Below the pieces are notes generated by a model, which made no database searches, was not told where the DNA came from, and was given only the letters and a program-made list of their open reading frames with translations. DNA of 64,000 bases from Ostrea edulis (Eukaryota): positions 7,502,001 through 7,566,000 of the forward strand of contig NC_079173.1 of NCBI RefSeq assembly GCF_947568905.1, written 5' to 3'. This document shows positions 1 through 12,484 of the stretch, piece by piece. Made by a program: the position numbers and the translations under genes. Position 1 is the stretch's first letter; every line of letters begins with the position of its first letter.

Positions 1-3000
1 GTTTACAAGTGTGGAAGATGTGTGAAAGTGGTCGAGAGCATTTTTGTTTATAAATAAAGATACTATTTTTTTTTATATGTATATGTCGGTAAATGTCTGC
101 TTACAATATCCAAATAGCAATTATGCAATGCTTTATGTTATATATTAGTCTTTTTACTTTAGAAAATGGTTGATTCCATAAAAATTGCTACTGTGAATTG
201 CCAGGGCTTGGCTACATTATCAAAACGTCAAGATGTGTTAAATTTTTATAGATCGAAAGGTTATTCTATAATATGTTTTCAAGATACCCACTTCACTCCT
301 GAAGCAGAACCATATATTGAAGCCATGTGGGGCTATAAATGTTTCTTCAACTCTTATAAATCAAATGCAAGAGGGGTAGCCTTATTTTTTAGCAATAATT
401 TTGAAGTCAATGTACACCAAGAAAAGAGGGACAAAGAGGGAAATTTAATTGCCCTAGACTTAACAATAGAGGATAATAGGGTCACTCTTATTAACATTTA
501 TGGTCCAAACATTGATAGTCCTGAGTTTTATGAATATGTTCGTGAGGTTTTTTTAGAACTGGATAATGAGTACTATATACTTTTAGGAGATTTTAATCTT
601 GCACTAATCTTGATACAAATAACTATACTTCAATAAATAACCCCAAAGCAAGGAAGAAAGTATTAGAGATTATGGATGACTTACAACTTCTAGATTAGTT
701 TAGAATTTTGAATCCTGATAGACGGGTTTATACATGGCATAAAAAGACACCCTTAAAACAGAGTCGTCTAGATTACATTTTAATCTCTGAAAGTTTGTCC
801 AATTCTGTGGAAACATACTTAATTAAACCTGGTTATAGATCAAATCACTTTGTAGTTTTTGTAGAATTAAAATTTAACTCTTTTAAAAGGGGATGCGGAT
901 TTCGGAAATTCAATAATAGTCTTCTTTCAGATAAAGAATATGTACAGAAAGTCAAAGAAACTATTCATAAAGCCTGTAGACAATATAGTAAAAGTGACAC
1001 GGATAACACAAGATCTATTGATGATAGTATACTATTTGAGGTTTTACTTATGGAAATAAGGGGTGTTACTATTTCATACTCTTCCTACAAGAAAAAACAA
1101 AAGGAAAAGCAAGAAATATCTCTACTTGCAGAAATAGGTCACTTAGAAACTGAGGAAAAAATAGACTTGCATCTTATTGAAGAAAAGAGGTTGATTTTAG
1201 AAATCTTCAGAAAATAAAAAATGGAAGGTCATACCATAAGATCTAAAGTTAGATGGATAGAGGAAGGGGGAAAACCCACGAGGTATTTCTGCAATCTGGA
1301 AAAACGCAATTATTTCAATAAAACTATTAAAAAATTAGAAGTTGAAAGAAATGGTATGATCTATGAACAGGCGGATATACTTAATGAAGTTAAATGTTTT
1401 TACCAAATTCTATATACAAATAAAGATTCAGAACTTTTAGATTTAGATCTTAACAAAATTATTCAAAATTGTGTTCCAAAGTAGGACAAAAATATTTCAG
1501 AGTCTTTGGAAAGAACAATATTTGAAAAAGAAGTGTCTGAAGTATTAAAAAATATGAAAAACAATAAATCTCCAGGTAGTGATGGATATAATGTAGAATT
1601 TTTCAAATATTTTGGACATATCTGAAAGAACTCATATCAAAATCTGTTAACTGTATTTTCTCCAAAAAGAGCTTCCCATCTCTCAGCAATTGGGGATTAT
1701 TTCATGTTTGCCTAAAGGTGATAAATCTAGACAATTTTTAAAAAAAAACTGGCGACCTATTACATTGTTAAATGTCTTGTATTAACTTATTTCAGGTTGT
1801 CTTGGTAACAGAATGAAGTCTACTTTAGATCATCTTATTTCAGACACCCAGTCTGGATTTATAAAGGGAAGATACATTGGAGAAAATACCAGATTTATCT
1901 ATGATCTTATGCATTATACAGAAAGTGCAAATATACCAGGACTATTGGTTTTAATTGATTTTGAAAAAGCTTTTGACTCCATTTCATGGTCATTTATATA
2001 TAAAGTATTAAGATATTTAGGTTTTGATGAATACATTATTAAATGGGTGAAGATTCTTAATACAAATTTTAGGGCTGCAGTGTTACAGAGTGGGTGTTTA
2101 TCTACTCAATTCAATATTGAGAGGGGCTGTAGACAAGGCGACCCTGTTGCACCTTATTTGGTCCTCCTTTGTGCAGAAATTCTTGCAATTTTAATTAAAC
2201 AAAATAAGGATATAAAAGGTATTGTGATATGTGATAAGGAACACAAAATAAGTCAATATGCAGATGATACATCACTTGCTCTTGATGGGACACCTAAGTC
2301 ACTTTTTACAGCATTAGATACCTTAGATTTTTTCTCTAAACTTTCTGGTTTAAAGGTAAACAACTCAAAAACTAAAATTGTTTGGGTCAGATCTAAAAAG
2401 TTTTCAAATCAGGTCTTTCATCACACTAGATGGAAACTTGACTGGGGTTCAACAACTTACAATTTATTAGGTATTAACTTTTCAGTAGACTTACAACAAA
2501 TTACAGATTTAAACTACAACATACAGATTTCAAAAATAAAGAGCATGCTACAACATTGGAAAAGGCGAGTTCTAACACCAATTGGTCGGGTTACAGTGGT
2601 TAAAACATTAATTATTCCGAAAATAAACCATTTATTTCTATCACTACCAACACCGAAAAAGGAGATAATTAATTCATTGAGTAAAGATATTTTTGAATTT
2701 ATTTGGAATGGAAAATGTGACAATGTAAAACATTCTATTGTAACTTAAGACCACCATCATGGAGGTCTAAAAATGGTGGACATCAACAATTTTATCATGT
2801 CTTTAAAATGTTCATGGTTGAAAAGGTTATTGATGGGAAATAAATCCTGGGTAGATATTTTTGAAGCAATTAATGGTCATGATTTTGTTCACAAATTACT
2901 TGATTTTGGAGATGCATTTATTTCTGAATGTGTTATTTCAGAAAACAATGTTTTTTGGCAAGATGTTTTTAATTCTATGCTCCATGTAATAAAATCCTTT

Positions 3001-3280
3001 GACAAAACTTTCTACAAGGAATCCTATCCCAGCATTCCTGTGTGGTATAATTCAAATATTAGAGTGGGTATGAAAACACTGTTTATCAAAAGCTGGTATA
3101 AAAAGGTGTAAAACTCATAGACGATTTCCTAGATGACAAAGGGAATCTTTTATCACATAACCTTTTTCAACATAAATTTGATATCCAAGTTTGTATATTA
3201 CAATATAACAGTGTATTGAGTGCAATATCAACTCATCTGAAATTGTTTGAAAACAAAGGTTTATTCAATAGATCTTTTAC

Positions 3281-3546
3281 TAGCTCGAAAATACGGATGT
3301 ATATTAAATTGCTGTTATATAATTTAGAAATTCATTTCAAAATTAAGGATTATCTCCCTCATGCATAGCTCTTATCCTTGGACGAATTTGGCTCCACTTA
3401 TTTGGCACACTGTTATTGGCTATATTTAGCTCTAAAACTTCATAGTTATTTCGGATTTCAAACATTTCGGTTGAGCATCACTGAAGAGACATTATTTGTC
3501 GAAATGCGCATCTGGTGCATCAAAATTGGTACCGTATAAGTTTTAC
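3281..3546 (+). mobile_element. Hammerhead-bearing short non-coding element (retrozyme-like) inserted in the LINE
   Basis: Homologous to 14224-14548, 20554-20842 and 62300-62710. Flanked by a 9-bp direct repeat ATCTTTTAC at 3272-3280 and 3547-3555. Confidence 0.85.
3475..3518 (+). ncRNA. Minimal type I hammerhead ribozyme with intact core; predicted cleavage after C3512
   Basis: gcatca-CTGAAGA-GACA(ttatt)TGTC-GAAA-TGCGCA-TC-tggtgc. Stem I gcatca/tggtgc, stem II GACA/TGTC, palindromic stem III ATGCGCAT, full CUGANGA/GAAA/UH core. Confidence 0.88.
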
Positions 3547-6499
3547 ATCTTTTACACCTTATATTCCATTATATTATAAACCTTTGATTTTGCAAACTAA
3601 ATGTACTAAATCTGTATACAAACAGTTAAATGTAAACCATGATATACCTACTTCTGTTTCAAAGTGGAATTTAGATCTGGTAGCTTATGGAATAGAAATA
3701 TGTGTTAAGGATGCTTTTACTGTATGTTTTAAGACTACCAAAGACTCTACTATCCAATGGTCACAGTATAGATTACTTCATAGAATTCTGCCTGTCAATT
3801 ATTATCATAAAAAAATCAATGTTGTGTCTTTTGATTGTTGTACCTTTTGTAATGATGAAGTTGAGACAATTCAACACGTTTTCATTGACTTTGAAAAAGT
3901 ATCTATATTATGGAGCAATCTGAGCATGCACATTTATAAAACAACTTCCAAAAGAATAGGTTTTAATGTACTTAACATTTTATTAGGTGAACTCCCATTG
4001 TCGAAAGGCAACAGAATTGTAAACTTCCTTATCCTTTATACAAAACAATATATTTTTTCTTGTTTGAAAAAAAAACCAAATTACGAAGATTCTTGGAATT
4101 ATTGTTCTATCTAATTCTATACAACAAATACAAGGTTGAAAAATGTATTGCGTATCAGAATTTAGAAATACAAGAATTTGAAAATACCTGGCATGTATGG
4201 AAAACACTTTTTGACAACATAAAAAAATCATAATTTTGCTATTTCAAGCAATGTTTTTTTCCCTACTTTTGAAACCACATGTACTTTTATCTATTTACTC
4301 GAGCTCTGTATTATTATCATTTTTCTCTTACAATTATATTAAAAATGCAAGCGCTTACCAACAAATGTATGAGTGTGAGTATGAAAGTGTGTGAAAGTGG
4401 TTAGAAAAAAATGGCAAATGTTCTTCTGTCTTATGTCAATATTTGTGAAATAAAAAATTAATAATTAATAAAAAGAAATGTTGTAATTTATCAAATTGGT
4501 TGATATAATTTTCCAAACAGAACAGCGATTCTCAAAAAAAGTTTTCATTAATTTACTTGAAATTTTGTGTAAAAATTCAGTATTTTCGCCAATAATTTAA
4601 AAATTTGATCTCCAGCCCCCACTTTTCTAAGTTTCATTTTAAATTGTAAGACTAGATCTTGAAAACTGTGTAAAATTTTAGAAATTGACATTACTCCTAA
4701 TATATTCTTTTAAACTATCAAATTTGATATCATGAAGTTTTTCGTATATCAAGTGCAAAAAGGTAATTATTTATTATACATTACTAGTATTAATTTTTTT
4801 TTTATCTGTAGTGTTAGAAGACATTATTATGTATCTATTTTAAGTAATGATTGATTTGTGTTGCTTATGTTGTGTTGACACCGTCAGAAATATCAAGTTT
4901 AATTGAATAAATTTTAAGTGCAAAAAGGTCATGTATAGAACACTATGGCTCAATAACAAGCGTTGCGACCCCAATTTTTCTTATTAATTTCCTAATTCCC
5001 CTTCAATGTAGAAATCAAAAATACACTTCCCAAAAATTCACATTACTCCAAATCTCAGGTGCGAACCTCTTTAAAAAAGATCTTAAGATAAAATTTAAGA
5101 CATCTTAACTTAAGATACCACTGAGACCATTTCAATTTACATCCTATATCATATCTAAAAATAGTCCTAAGATATGTTATAAGATTCTTCCTAAGACATC
5201 TTAAGATAGTTCATAAGCATGCCTGCTGGTCCAAAAATCATTGGTCCTTCATCTTGGTGTATCTATATGAAGAAGGGAATCGTAATCCCAGCAGGAGTAA
5301 ATGCACTAATGGTTAAAGATGTTATTTTCTTTGTGTTTGACAAATTGTGTTTTAGTTTTAAAACCCGAGACACTATAATTCAATTTCTAGATTTCTTTCA
5401 TTTCTGGTTAAAATGAAAAATATTCTGACCCAATTAATTGAAAAGGTAGAACTATTTATGTTAACGTTTTGATTAATTCCCTGCATCAAAGAAACCTTTC
5501 CAAGAATGTTTTTTTTTTGCTTGTCAGTTTTTCAAGTCACTGCTTTATTTTCTATTATTATATTTTGCTGAGAAATAGCGCTGCATTAACGAAAATGATA
5601 TAAAATATAAGAAGAAAAAAACAATCAAATGAATGTGATCTGACAATGATGCATTGTGGCTACCTTACGTACAGAATATATTTAATTTGATGAAATTTGA
5701 ATCAGGTCTTATTGTGAGAAAAACAAGCCTGTTCGATTTTTTAAAAAATCAACCAAAACTCGCTTTAAGAACCAAGAGAGCTTTCCCATTACTTTAATTG
5801 TACTTCTAAATTCACCACACATGTATGCCTATCTTTTTCAATGTGTATGATACACTTCTAATAGCGTCTATGGTGGTCGTGATTTGGGCGTTTTATTTGT
5901 CATTAGTGTACCACGAGTGATGCATGTATCAAAAACAGACCCAGAATTCTAGCGGTATAAGTGCTAAAGAATTGTAATGAAGAAGCAATACTTCTCACAG
6001 TCATCTGAGACGTCATAACATTCTCAGACAGAGCCATTCATGCGACTATGATATCGGTCATGTATGTAGAATATAACTTATTTGATGAGAGAGATTGTGA
6101 CAAGACTGCAGAAATAATCCTTCTCTAGAAGATTGGTGATATGACGTAACATAACACACATAGGTAGACATGCACGCACTACCCCGATAAACAAAAACTC
6201 ACCCAGAACACACGATAGAACTAGACGCAACATTGCCGATAGAATGGTAATTCCGTATAGTACAATAATGGGCAATAACTACCATCATGCCTAAAGGTAG
6301 TTTATATTGAAATGTAGAAGTTAAAGGTCAAAATTTACTGAATTGATAACCTACATCTACCGGAGAATCGTGACAATATTTCTAAATTTGACGCATAATG
6401 AAGGATAACTGAATACAATCGCAGTTTATCGTGGGCACCTCTTTCTTCACTTATGACTAGATAAACAAGACACTCATGAAAAGATTAACACAACAAAAC

Positions 6500-7820
6500 A
6501 TCACTAGATTAATATGACAATGATGACTAACAGATCAACACAACACTCATTAACAGATTAATATGGCAATAATGATCAACAGATTAACAGCAATCATTAA
6601 CAGATTACTATGGCAATACTGATTAACAGATTAACAACAATCATTAACAGATTAATATGGCACTAGTGATTAACAGATTAACAGCAATCATTAACAGATT
6701 AGTATGGTAATAATGATCAACAGATTAATAGCGATCATTAACAGATTAATATGGCAATAATGATTAACAGATTAACAGCAATCATTAACAGATTAGTATG
6801 GTAATAATGATCAACAGATTAATAGCGATCATTAACAGATTAATATGGCAATAATGATTAACAGATTAACATGGCAATTATTAACATATTAATATGGCAA
6901 TAAGATTACCAGATTAACATGGCAATCATTAACAGATTAGTATGGCAATGATGATTAACAGATTAACAGCAATCATTAACAGATTAATATGGCAATACTG
7001 ATTAACAGATTAACATAGCAACTCAACTGTATGACAAACGGGATGATTTCAGCTTCTCCATCGTCAACTTCCCACATTTATGTAGCAATATTCCATTATC
7101 ACCTGCATATGGTGTTTATATATCTCAACTGATTCGATGTGCAAGAGCTTGTTCTGGGTATGGTCAGTTTTTAAATCGAGGTGGGCTGCTGACAAACAAG
7201 TTGATGGTACAGGGATTTCAACAGTCTCGATTGAAGTCAGCATTTCGCAAATTCTATGGTCGTTATAACGATCTAGTTCGTCAATGCAACCTCGCATTGG
7301 GTCAAATGCTGTCTGACGTGTTTCATACCGATTGTTAGGCCGTTCTTGGCACACTGATTTTGACTGCGGATAACTCCGTTTACCTGATCAGGATATGGGG
7401 CTCACGGCGGGTGTGACCGGTCAACAGGGGATGCTTACTCCTCCTAGGCACCTGATCCCACCTCTGGTGTGTCCAGGGGTCCGTGTTTGCCCAACTATCT
7501 AATTTGTATTGCTTGTAGGAGTTATGAGATTGATCACTGTTCGTTATCTTCACCTTGCATAGCAATCATTAACAAATTAATATAGCAATGATGATTAACA
7601 GATTAACAGCAATCATTAACAGATTAATATGGCAATAATGATTACATGTACAGTGTACCAGATTAACATGACAACAGTCACTAACAGATTAATATTGCAA
7701 TTATTATGAATATATTAACACAACAATCATTAACATATTAATATAACAAGAATGATTAACAAATTAGCATGACAATAAACATTAACAGATTAATATGGCA
7801 AAAATAATTAACATATTAAC
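6500..7820. repeat. Degenerate AT-rich satellite (gattaatatggcaataatgattaaca / gattaacagcaatcattaaca units, ~21-26 bp), split by a PLE insertion
   Basis: Repeating ttaacagattaa motif at ~6500-7013 and 7561-7820, with a decayed continuation at ~9530-9770. Confidence 0.85.
7022..7557 (+). mobile_element. 5'-truncated Penelope-like retroelement 3' fragment (RT thumb plus 3' UTR)
   Basis: Reads QLYDKRDDFSFSIVNFPHLCSNIPLSPAYGVYISQLIRCARACS...DVFHTDC*, a PLE RT C-terminus. Possible TSD CATAGCAA at 7014-7021 and 7558-7565. Confidence 0.85.
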
Positions 7821-7825
7821 AATAT

Positions 7826-9527
7826 ATAATTATGGGCTGTTTAGCAAGGACACATAACAAGTTATCAGGTCTTAGTAGGGTGATAACTCTACTAAGACCT
7901 GATAATTTGTTATGTCTCCTTGCTAAACAGTCCATAATAGTTCTATCATCCTGAAGAATCTGAACCTTAAAATATACCACTCATTCGTTGACTTGTACCG
8001 TATATATTTATTTTATCTAAACGTCACCAAATTCGTAACAACTTTCTCTGGAGAATAATCTGATAACTTTTCAATACTTTTCGAGAGGTGAAATCAATGT
8101 TACCCTCAGCTGCATGCACTATTTTGTTTTACACTCAACTGAGGTTTGAAAATGTTAAGTGAACGAGATAAAGCTTTCAATCGTGACGTCACAATAGAAT
8201 GACGCAAAAAATAACGTTAAACGTAAACTTTTCGTAAAGTATTCCGAACCAAAAACGTAAACATCAAGTGAAATGAAAAACTACATTAGAATGGGAATAT
8301 TTTTCTTCTCATTTGTTATTGATGACCGTTAATGTTGACTCTGAAGTTATTAATTAACGATCCTGCATATTTTCAATTCTGCCACCACAAGTTATATTCT
8401 AGAGGGAGACAACGCAGTTATCAGCCTGCACGTGAGGGAGAAATCACGAATTGCCCCCCTTCCCGTGACCAGCCCTCGAACAATGAAATTGATTGTATTA
8501 TTCTGAAGGATAATAATATACAATTATGGACTGTTTAGCAGTGATACATCACAAATTATCAGGTCTTAGTAGGGTTATCACGCGAGGGCGCCGGTTTTAT
8601 CAGGTCTTATTAGGGTTATCATCCGAGGGCGCCGATGCACCCGAGGGTGATAACTCTACTAAGACCTGATAATTTGTGATGTTCCCTGCTAAGCACTTCA
8701 TAATAGTTATATTATCCCTAAGAATCTGAACGTTAAAAAAACTATGACATATTTATTGACTTGTACCAAACTTCTTTTTTATTATCTAAAACGTCAACAA
8801 ATTCGTAACAACTTTCTCTGCAGACAAATCTTATAACCTTTCAATAGTTTTCGAGTGGTGAAACCAATGTTACTCTCAACTACATGCACTATTTCGTTTT
8901 ACACTCAATATGTTTGTCATACATTTATTAGATGCAAGGTGAAGATAACGAACAGTGATCAATCTCATAACTCCTACAAGTAATACAAAATAGAGAGTTG
9001 GGAAAACACGGACCCCTGGACACAACAGAGGTGGGATCAGGTGCCTAGGAGGAGTAAGCATCCCCTGTTGACCGGTCACACCCGCCGTGAGCCCTATATC
9101 CTGATCAGGTAAACGGAGTTATCCGCAGTCAAAATCAGTGTGCCAAGAAGGCAAAACACTGATGTTAAAGAAAGTTAAGCGAGAGCAAGTTTTCAATTGT
9201 GACGTCACAGTAGAATGACGCAAAAACAATTCGTCAAACGTAAATATTTCGTAATGTATTTCAAAGCAAAAACGTAAACATCAAGTGAAATTCAAAACTG
9301 CATTCGAATGGGAATAGTTTTCTTCTCAAGTGTTATTTGTGACCTTTACTGTTAGTACTGAAGTTAATGAAGTTATCACTTTCTCCCTTGTGTCATTAAA
9401 ATTTATCTTCTAAAGGGAGACAACACAGTTGTAACCATGCGCGTGAGGGAGACATCACAAATTGTCTCTTTCCACGTGACCAGCCCTCGACCAAGGAAAT
9501 TGATGTATTATTCTGAAGGATAATAAC
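7826..9527. mobile_element. Two head-to-tail copies (~7826-8515, ~8516-9527) of a ~700-bp non-autonomous element that starts with a long palindrome; class uncertain
   Basis: Arms ttatgg.ctgtttagca...ttatcaggtcttagtag / ctactaagacctgataa...gctaaacagtccataa occur at the start of both copies. Internal sequence is shared, and both copies end at ctgaaggataata. Confidence 0.7.
8932..9151 (-). mobile_element. PLE 3' UTR fragment nested in the second palindromic-element copy
   Basis: Reverse complement of 7340-7557. Absent from the paralogous copy at 7826-8515. Confidence 0.85.
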
Positions 9528-10128
9528 AATCATTACCAGATTAATATAGGAATAAAGCTTAGCAGATTAACGCAACAACAATCCAATTATGAACTGATGA
9601 ACATAACAACAAAACATTAACCGATTAACACCACAGCACTCATATACAGATTAAGTTGAAAACAATCAGTAACATATCGACATGATAAGAAACATTTATA
9701 GAATGAAATGACGACAATCATCAATAGATTAAGGTGACAACATTCATCAATAGACTAATGTGACAACATTCATCGGCAGATTGACAAAAAGGTGAAAATA
9801 ACGAACAATTATCATTACTGCTGTAAAGAGTAGAGCAAACGTGGATCCCAGGACACACCAATGTCTAGAGGGAGTTACGTACACCTCTAGATCGGTTAGA
9901 CGTGGTAATCCGTAGTCAAAACCAGTGTGTATAGCACGGCCTAACAATCGGTATGAAACACATCAGACAGCATTCTGTCTGATAACAAATTGTATCAATA
10001 AGTTAGATAGTAATAACGATTATAAAAAATGAAAATGCTGAATCTAAACGAGATTGGTTCAGGGTTCGGTCTTTTTCCTTTTATCTTAATCATACATCAA
10101 ATCATACATAAAAACTTTGACAGAATTC

Positions 10129-10430
10129 CAATGTACAATAACTTCTAAGGGCGGAGCTTAGCTGTACATTAACTAATAGGGGCGGAGTGTAGCTGTAAAA
10201 TAACGTCTAGGGGCGGAGCTTAGCTGTACAATAACTTCTAGAGGCGGAACTTAGCTGTACAATAACTTTTAAGGGCGGGGCTTAGCTGTACAATAACTTC
10301 TAGGGGTGGAGCTTAGCTTTACAATAACTTCTAGGAGCGGGGCGGAGCTTAGTTGTACAATAACTTCTTGAGGCGAAACTTAACTGTACAATAATTTCTA
10401 GGGGCGGAGCTTAGCTGTACAATAACTTCC
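10129..10430. repeat. 31-bp GC-box minisatellite (tagctgtacaataacttctaggggcggagct), about 10 copies
   Basis: Direct reading of tandem units. Confidence 0.9.
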
Positions 10431-10559
10431 ACGGAACCGTACTGCGTCTTCCAAACTATGTACATAGAAAAGCAACATACAGTGGTGAAATAATAAGAAA
10501 TGCAAATATAGATAAATTAAGTATAATTTATGTGTTCATTAACACACATTAATATAAAT

Positions 10560-10704
10560 CAGTGGTGGATTTAGAGTCTCCCTTTCGCCCCAAATTTACA
10601 AAATAAAATAAGTAAAACTCCAGATTTGGCACACATAATGGCTGATTATTTTAACTAATAATTGACCTTCACACCACCGCTTTGGAAATCTCGGATTCGC
10701 CACT
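10560..10704. mobile_element. MITE-like element with CAGTGG(C/T)GGAT terminal inverted repeats
   Basis: cagtggtggatt at the left and ggattcgccactg at the right. Related elements at ~13866-14013, ~22022-22168 and ~30210-30357. Confidence 0.6.
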
Positions 10705-11029
10705 GTAAAAACATGCAATGATTCTTAACTGCAAAAAGCACATGTTGCTTGTACTTAGATACATTCTGCAAAATAGCCATTGTGCCTAATACCTTATCCG
10801 CTTTTTTTCAATATTCATTTTACCATGCATATTTGAGATAATGTAAAGTCACCCAAACTCTAAAAAATCCAATATCAGCGATCTCCATGTCGAATGAAGC
10901 GATTTTTTTTTCTACTTGACTTTTGACAACCCCAGACTTACGATATCATATCGTGTACAATTTTGCAATGATATTATGAGCATTCATGCCACAAGTATGG
11001 GAAACACTTTTACTAATTATTCGTAAAAT

Positions 11030-12010
11030 AAGACATCTCGTTAAATAAGAGATGTAATTTTTACACTAGAGATATATCTCTATTCATTGTAGAGATATCT
11101 CTGGAAGTTAGAGAGAGATATTTTCACACTAGGGTAATATCTTTATAACTAAAAGAGATATCTCTTTAAACAGAGGAGATATCTCTTTAACTAGAAATAT
11201 ATCGCTCTCAAGTAGAGATATATCTCTTTACGCTAGAGATATATATCTTTATGCTAAGGAGATATGCCTTTCCCTTTGAGAGATATCTCTTAAAACTAGA
11301 AAAATACCTCCCAACGATTAAGAGATATATTTCTCTCTAGCGTAAAGAGATATCTCTCTATCAATGTAAAAAGAGATATCTTTTTAACTTAAAGAGACAT
11401 CTCTTTAAATTAAAAAAAGATTTTCCCCGGTGTCCACAATGACTTCTCCCTGTAACATCACCATTAATATGATGTAACACTTTTTTGTAATCAATCAAAA
11501 TACTTCTAGTGCTAAAATGGCGGAATAAGTTGAAAAGGTGGTTGGGGTAACATTATCAAGTTGTCAAAAGGCTAAATCCAGTCTAGCTCACATATTTTAT
11601 CAATTTATTGTCTTTGTTTTGTTACATGTATACATTTCACATTCGGTAAACGCAAAATCTTCGCCCAGGATTGCAGCAACCATGATAAGATGTACTTTAA
11701 CGGGCTTCCAGTTTAGGTAGAATTCTTTAAGTATTCAAACTAATAAAAATATTATAAAGGTATATCTCTTTCTCTATATTTCTAAAAGTAAAAGAAATAT
11801 ATCTCTAAGTGAAAGATATTTCTCTCTAAGTGTAAGATCTATCTCTCTAAGTGTAAGTTATATCTCTAAAAGTAAAAGAGATATCTCTAAATGAAAGATG
11901 TATCTCTTTTTCAGAAAAATATTTCTTAAATTAAAAGATATTTCTCATTTTAAAGAGACATCTCTTTAAAATAAGAGATATCTTTTTAATTTAAAGATAT
12001 AACTTTTCTT
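11030..12010. repeat. Two arrays of the palindromic motif AGAGATA(TA)TCTCT (~11030-11420, ~11750-12010) flanking a unique ~330-bp core
   Basis: Dozens of gagatatctct variants on both sides. The core 11425-11750 lacks them. Confidence 0.7.
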
Positions 12011-12052
12011 CGAATTTTTAATAAAACATGTATATATATTTTACCGAATTGC

Positions 12053-12440
12053 ATTCATGCAAGATGAAGATAACGAACAGTGATCAATCTCATAACTCCT
12101 ACAAGCAATACAAAATAGATAGTTGGGCAAATACGGACCCTGGACACCCAGGTGGGATCAGGTACCTAAGAGGAGTAAACATCCCCTGTCGACCGATCAC
12201 AGCCGCCGTGAGCCCTATATCCTGATCAGGTAAACGGAATTATCCGTAGTCAAAATCAGTGTGCCAAAAACTGGTTAACAATCGATATGAAATACGTCAG
12301 ACAGCATTTGACCCAATGTTAGGTTGTTATGACGAACTAGATCGTTATAACGACCATAGAATTTGCGAAATGCTGACTTCAATCGAGACTGTTGAAACCC
12401 CTGTACCATCAACTTGTTTGTCAGTAGCTTGGTTTACCAT
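12053..12440 (-). mobile_element. PLE 3' fragment
   Basis: Reverse-complement match to 7170-7557. Confidence 0.85.
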
Positions 12441-12484
12441 ACACCTGACATTTACACAAGACTTTCTTTCGTTTATATATAATT

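Larger units (their letters stand above)
166..4470 (+). pseudogene. Decayed non-LTR retrotransposon ORF2 (Tx1/L1 clade): APE endonuclease, RT and C-terminal zf-RVT, broken by stops and frameshifts
   Basis: ORF pieces show APE motifs (IATVNCQGL, CFQDTHF, LINIYGPN, LGDFN, SRLDY), RT motifs (QSGFIKGRYIGEN, LIDFEKAFDSISW, RGCRQGDP, QYADD) and a CTFC...ETIQH zinc knuckle. A-rich 3' end near 4447-4477. ORF1 is not in the window. Confidence 0.95.

Noticed and set aside
4480-5075. Possible Kolobok-type terminal fragment ending ...gaacctcTTTAA
   Set aside because: Only one putative end is visible, with no partner TIR or coding sequence.
7064-7354. Recurrent antisense ORFs such as MCQERPNNRYETRQ... 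and MKITNSDQSHNSY...
   Set aside because: These are shadow frames of the PLE fragments, not independent genes.
7340-7557. SECIS element in the PLE 3' UTR
   Set aside because: No RTGA-N11/12-AA-...-GA arrangement was found, and there is no in-frame TGA in the visible ORF.
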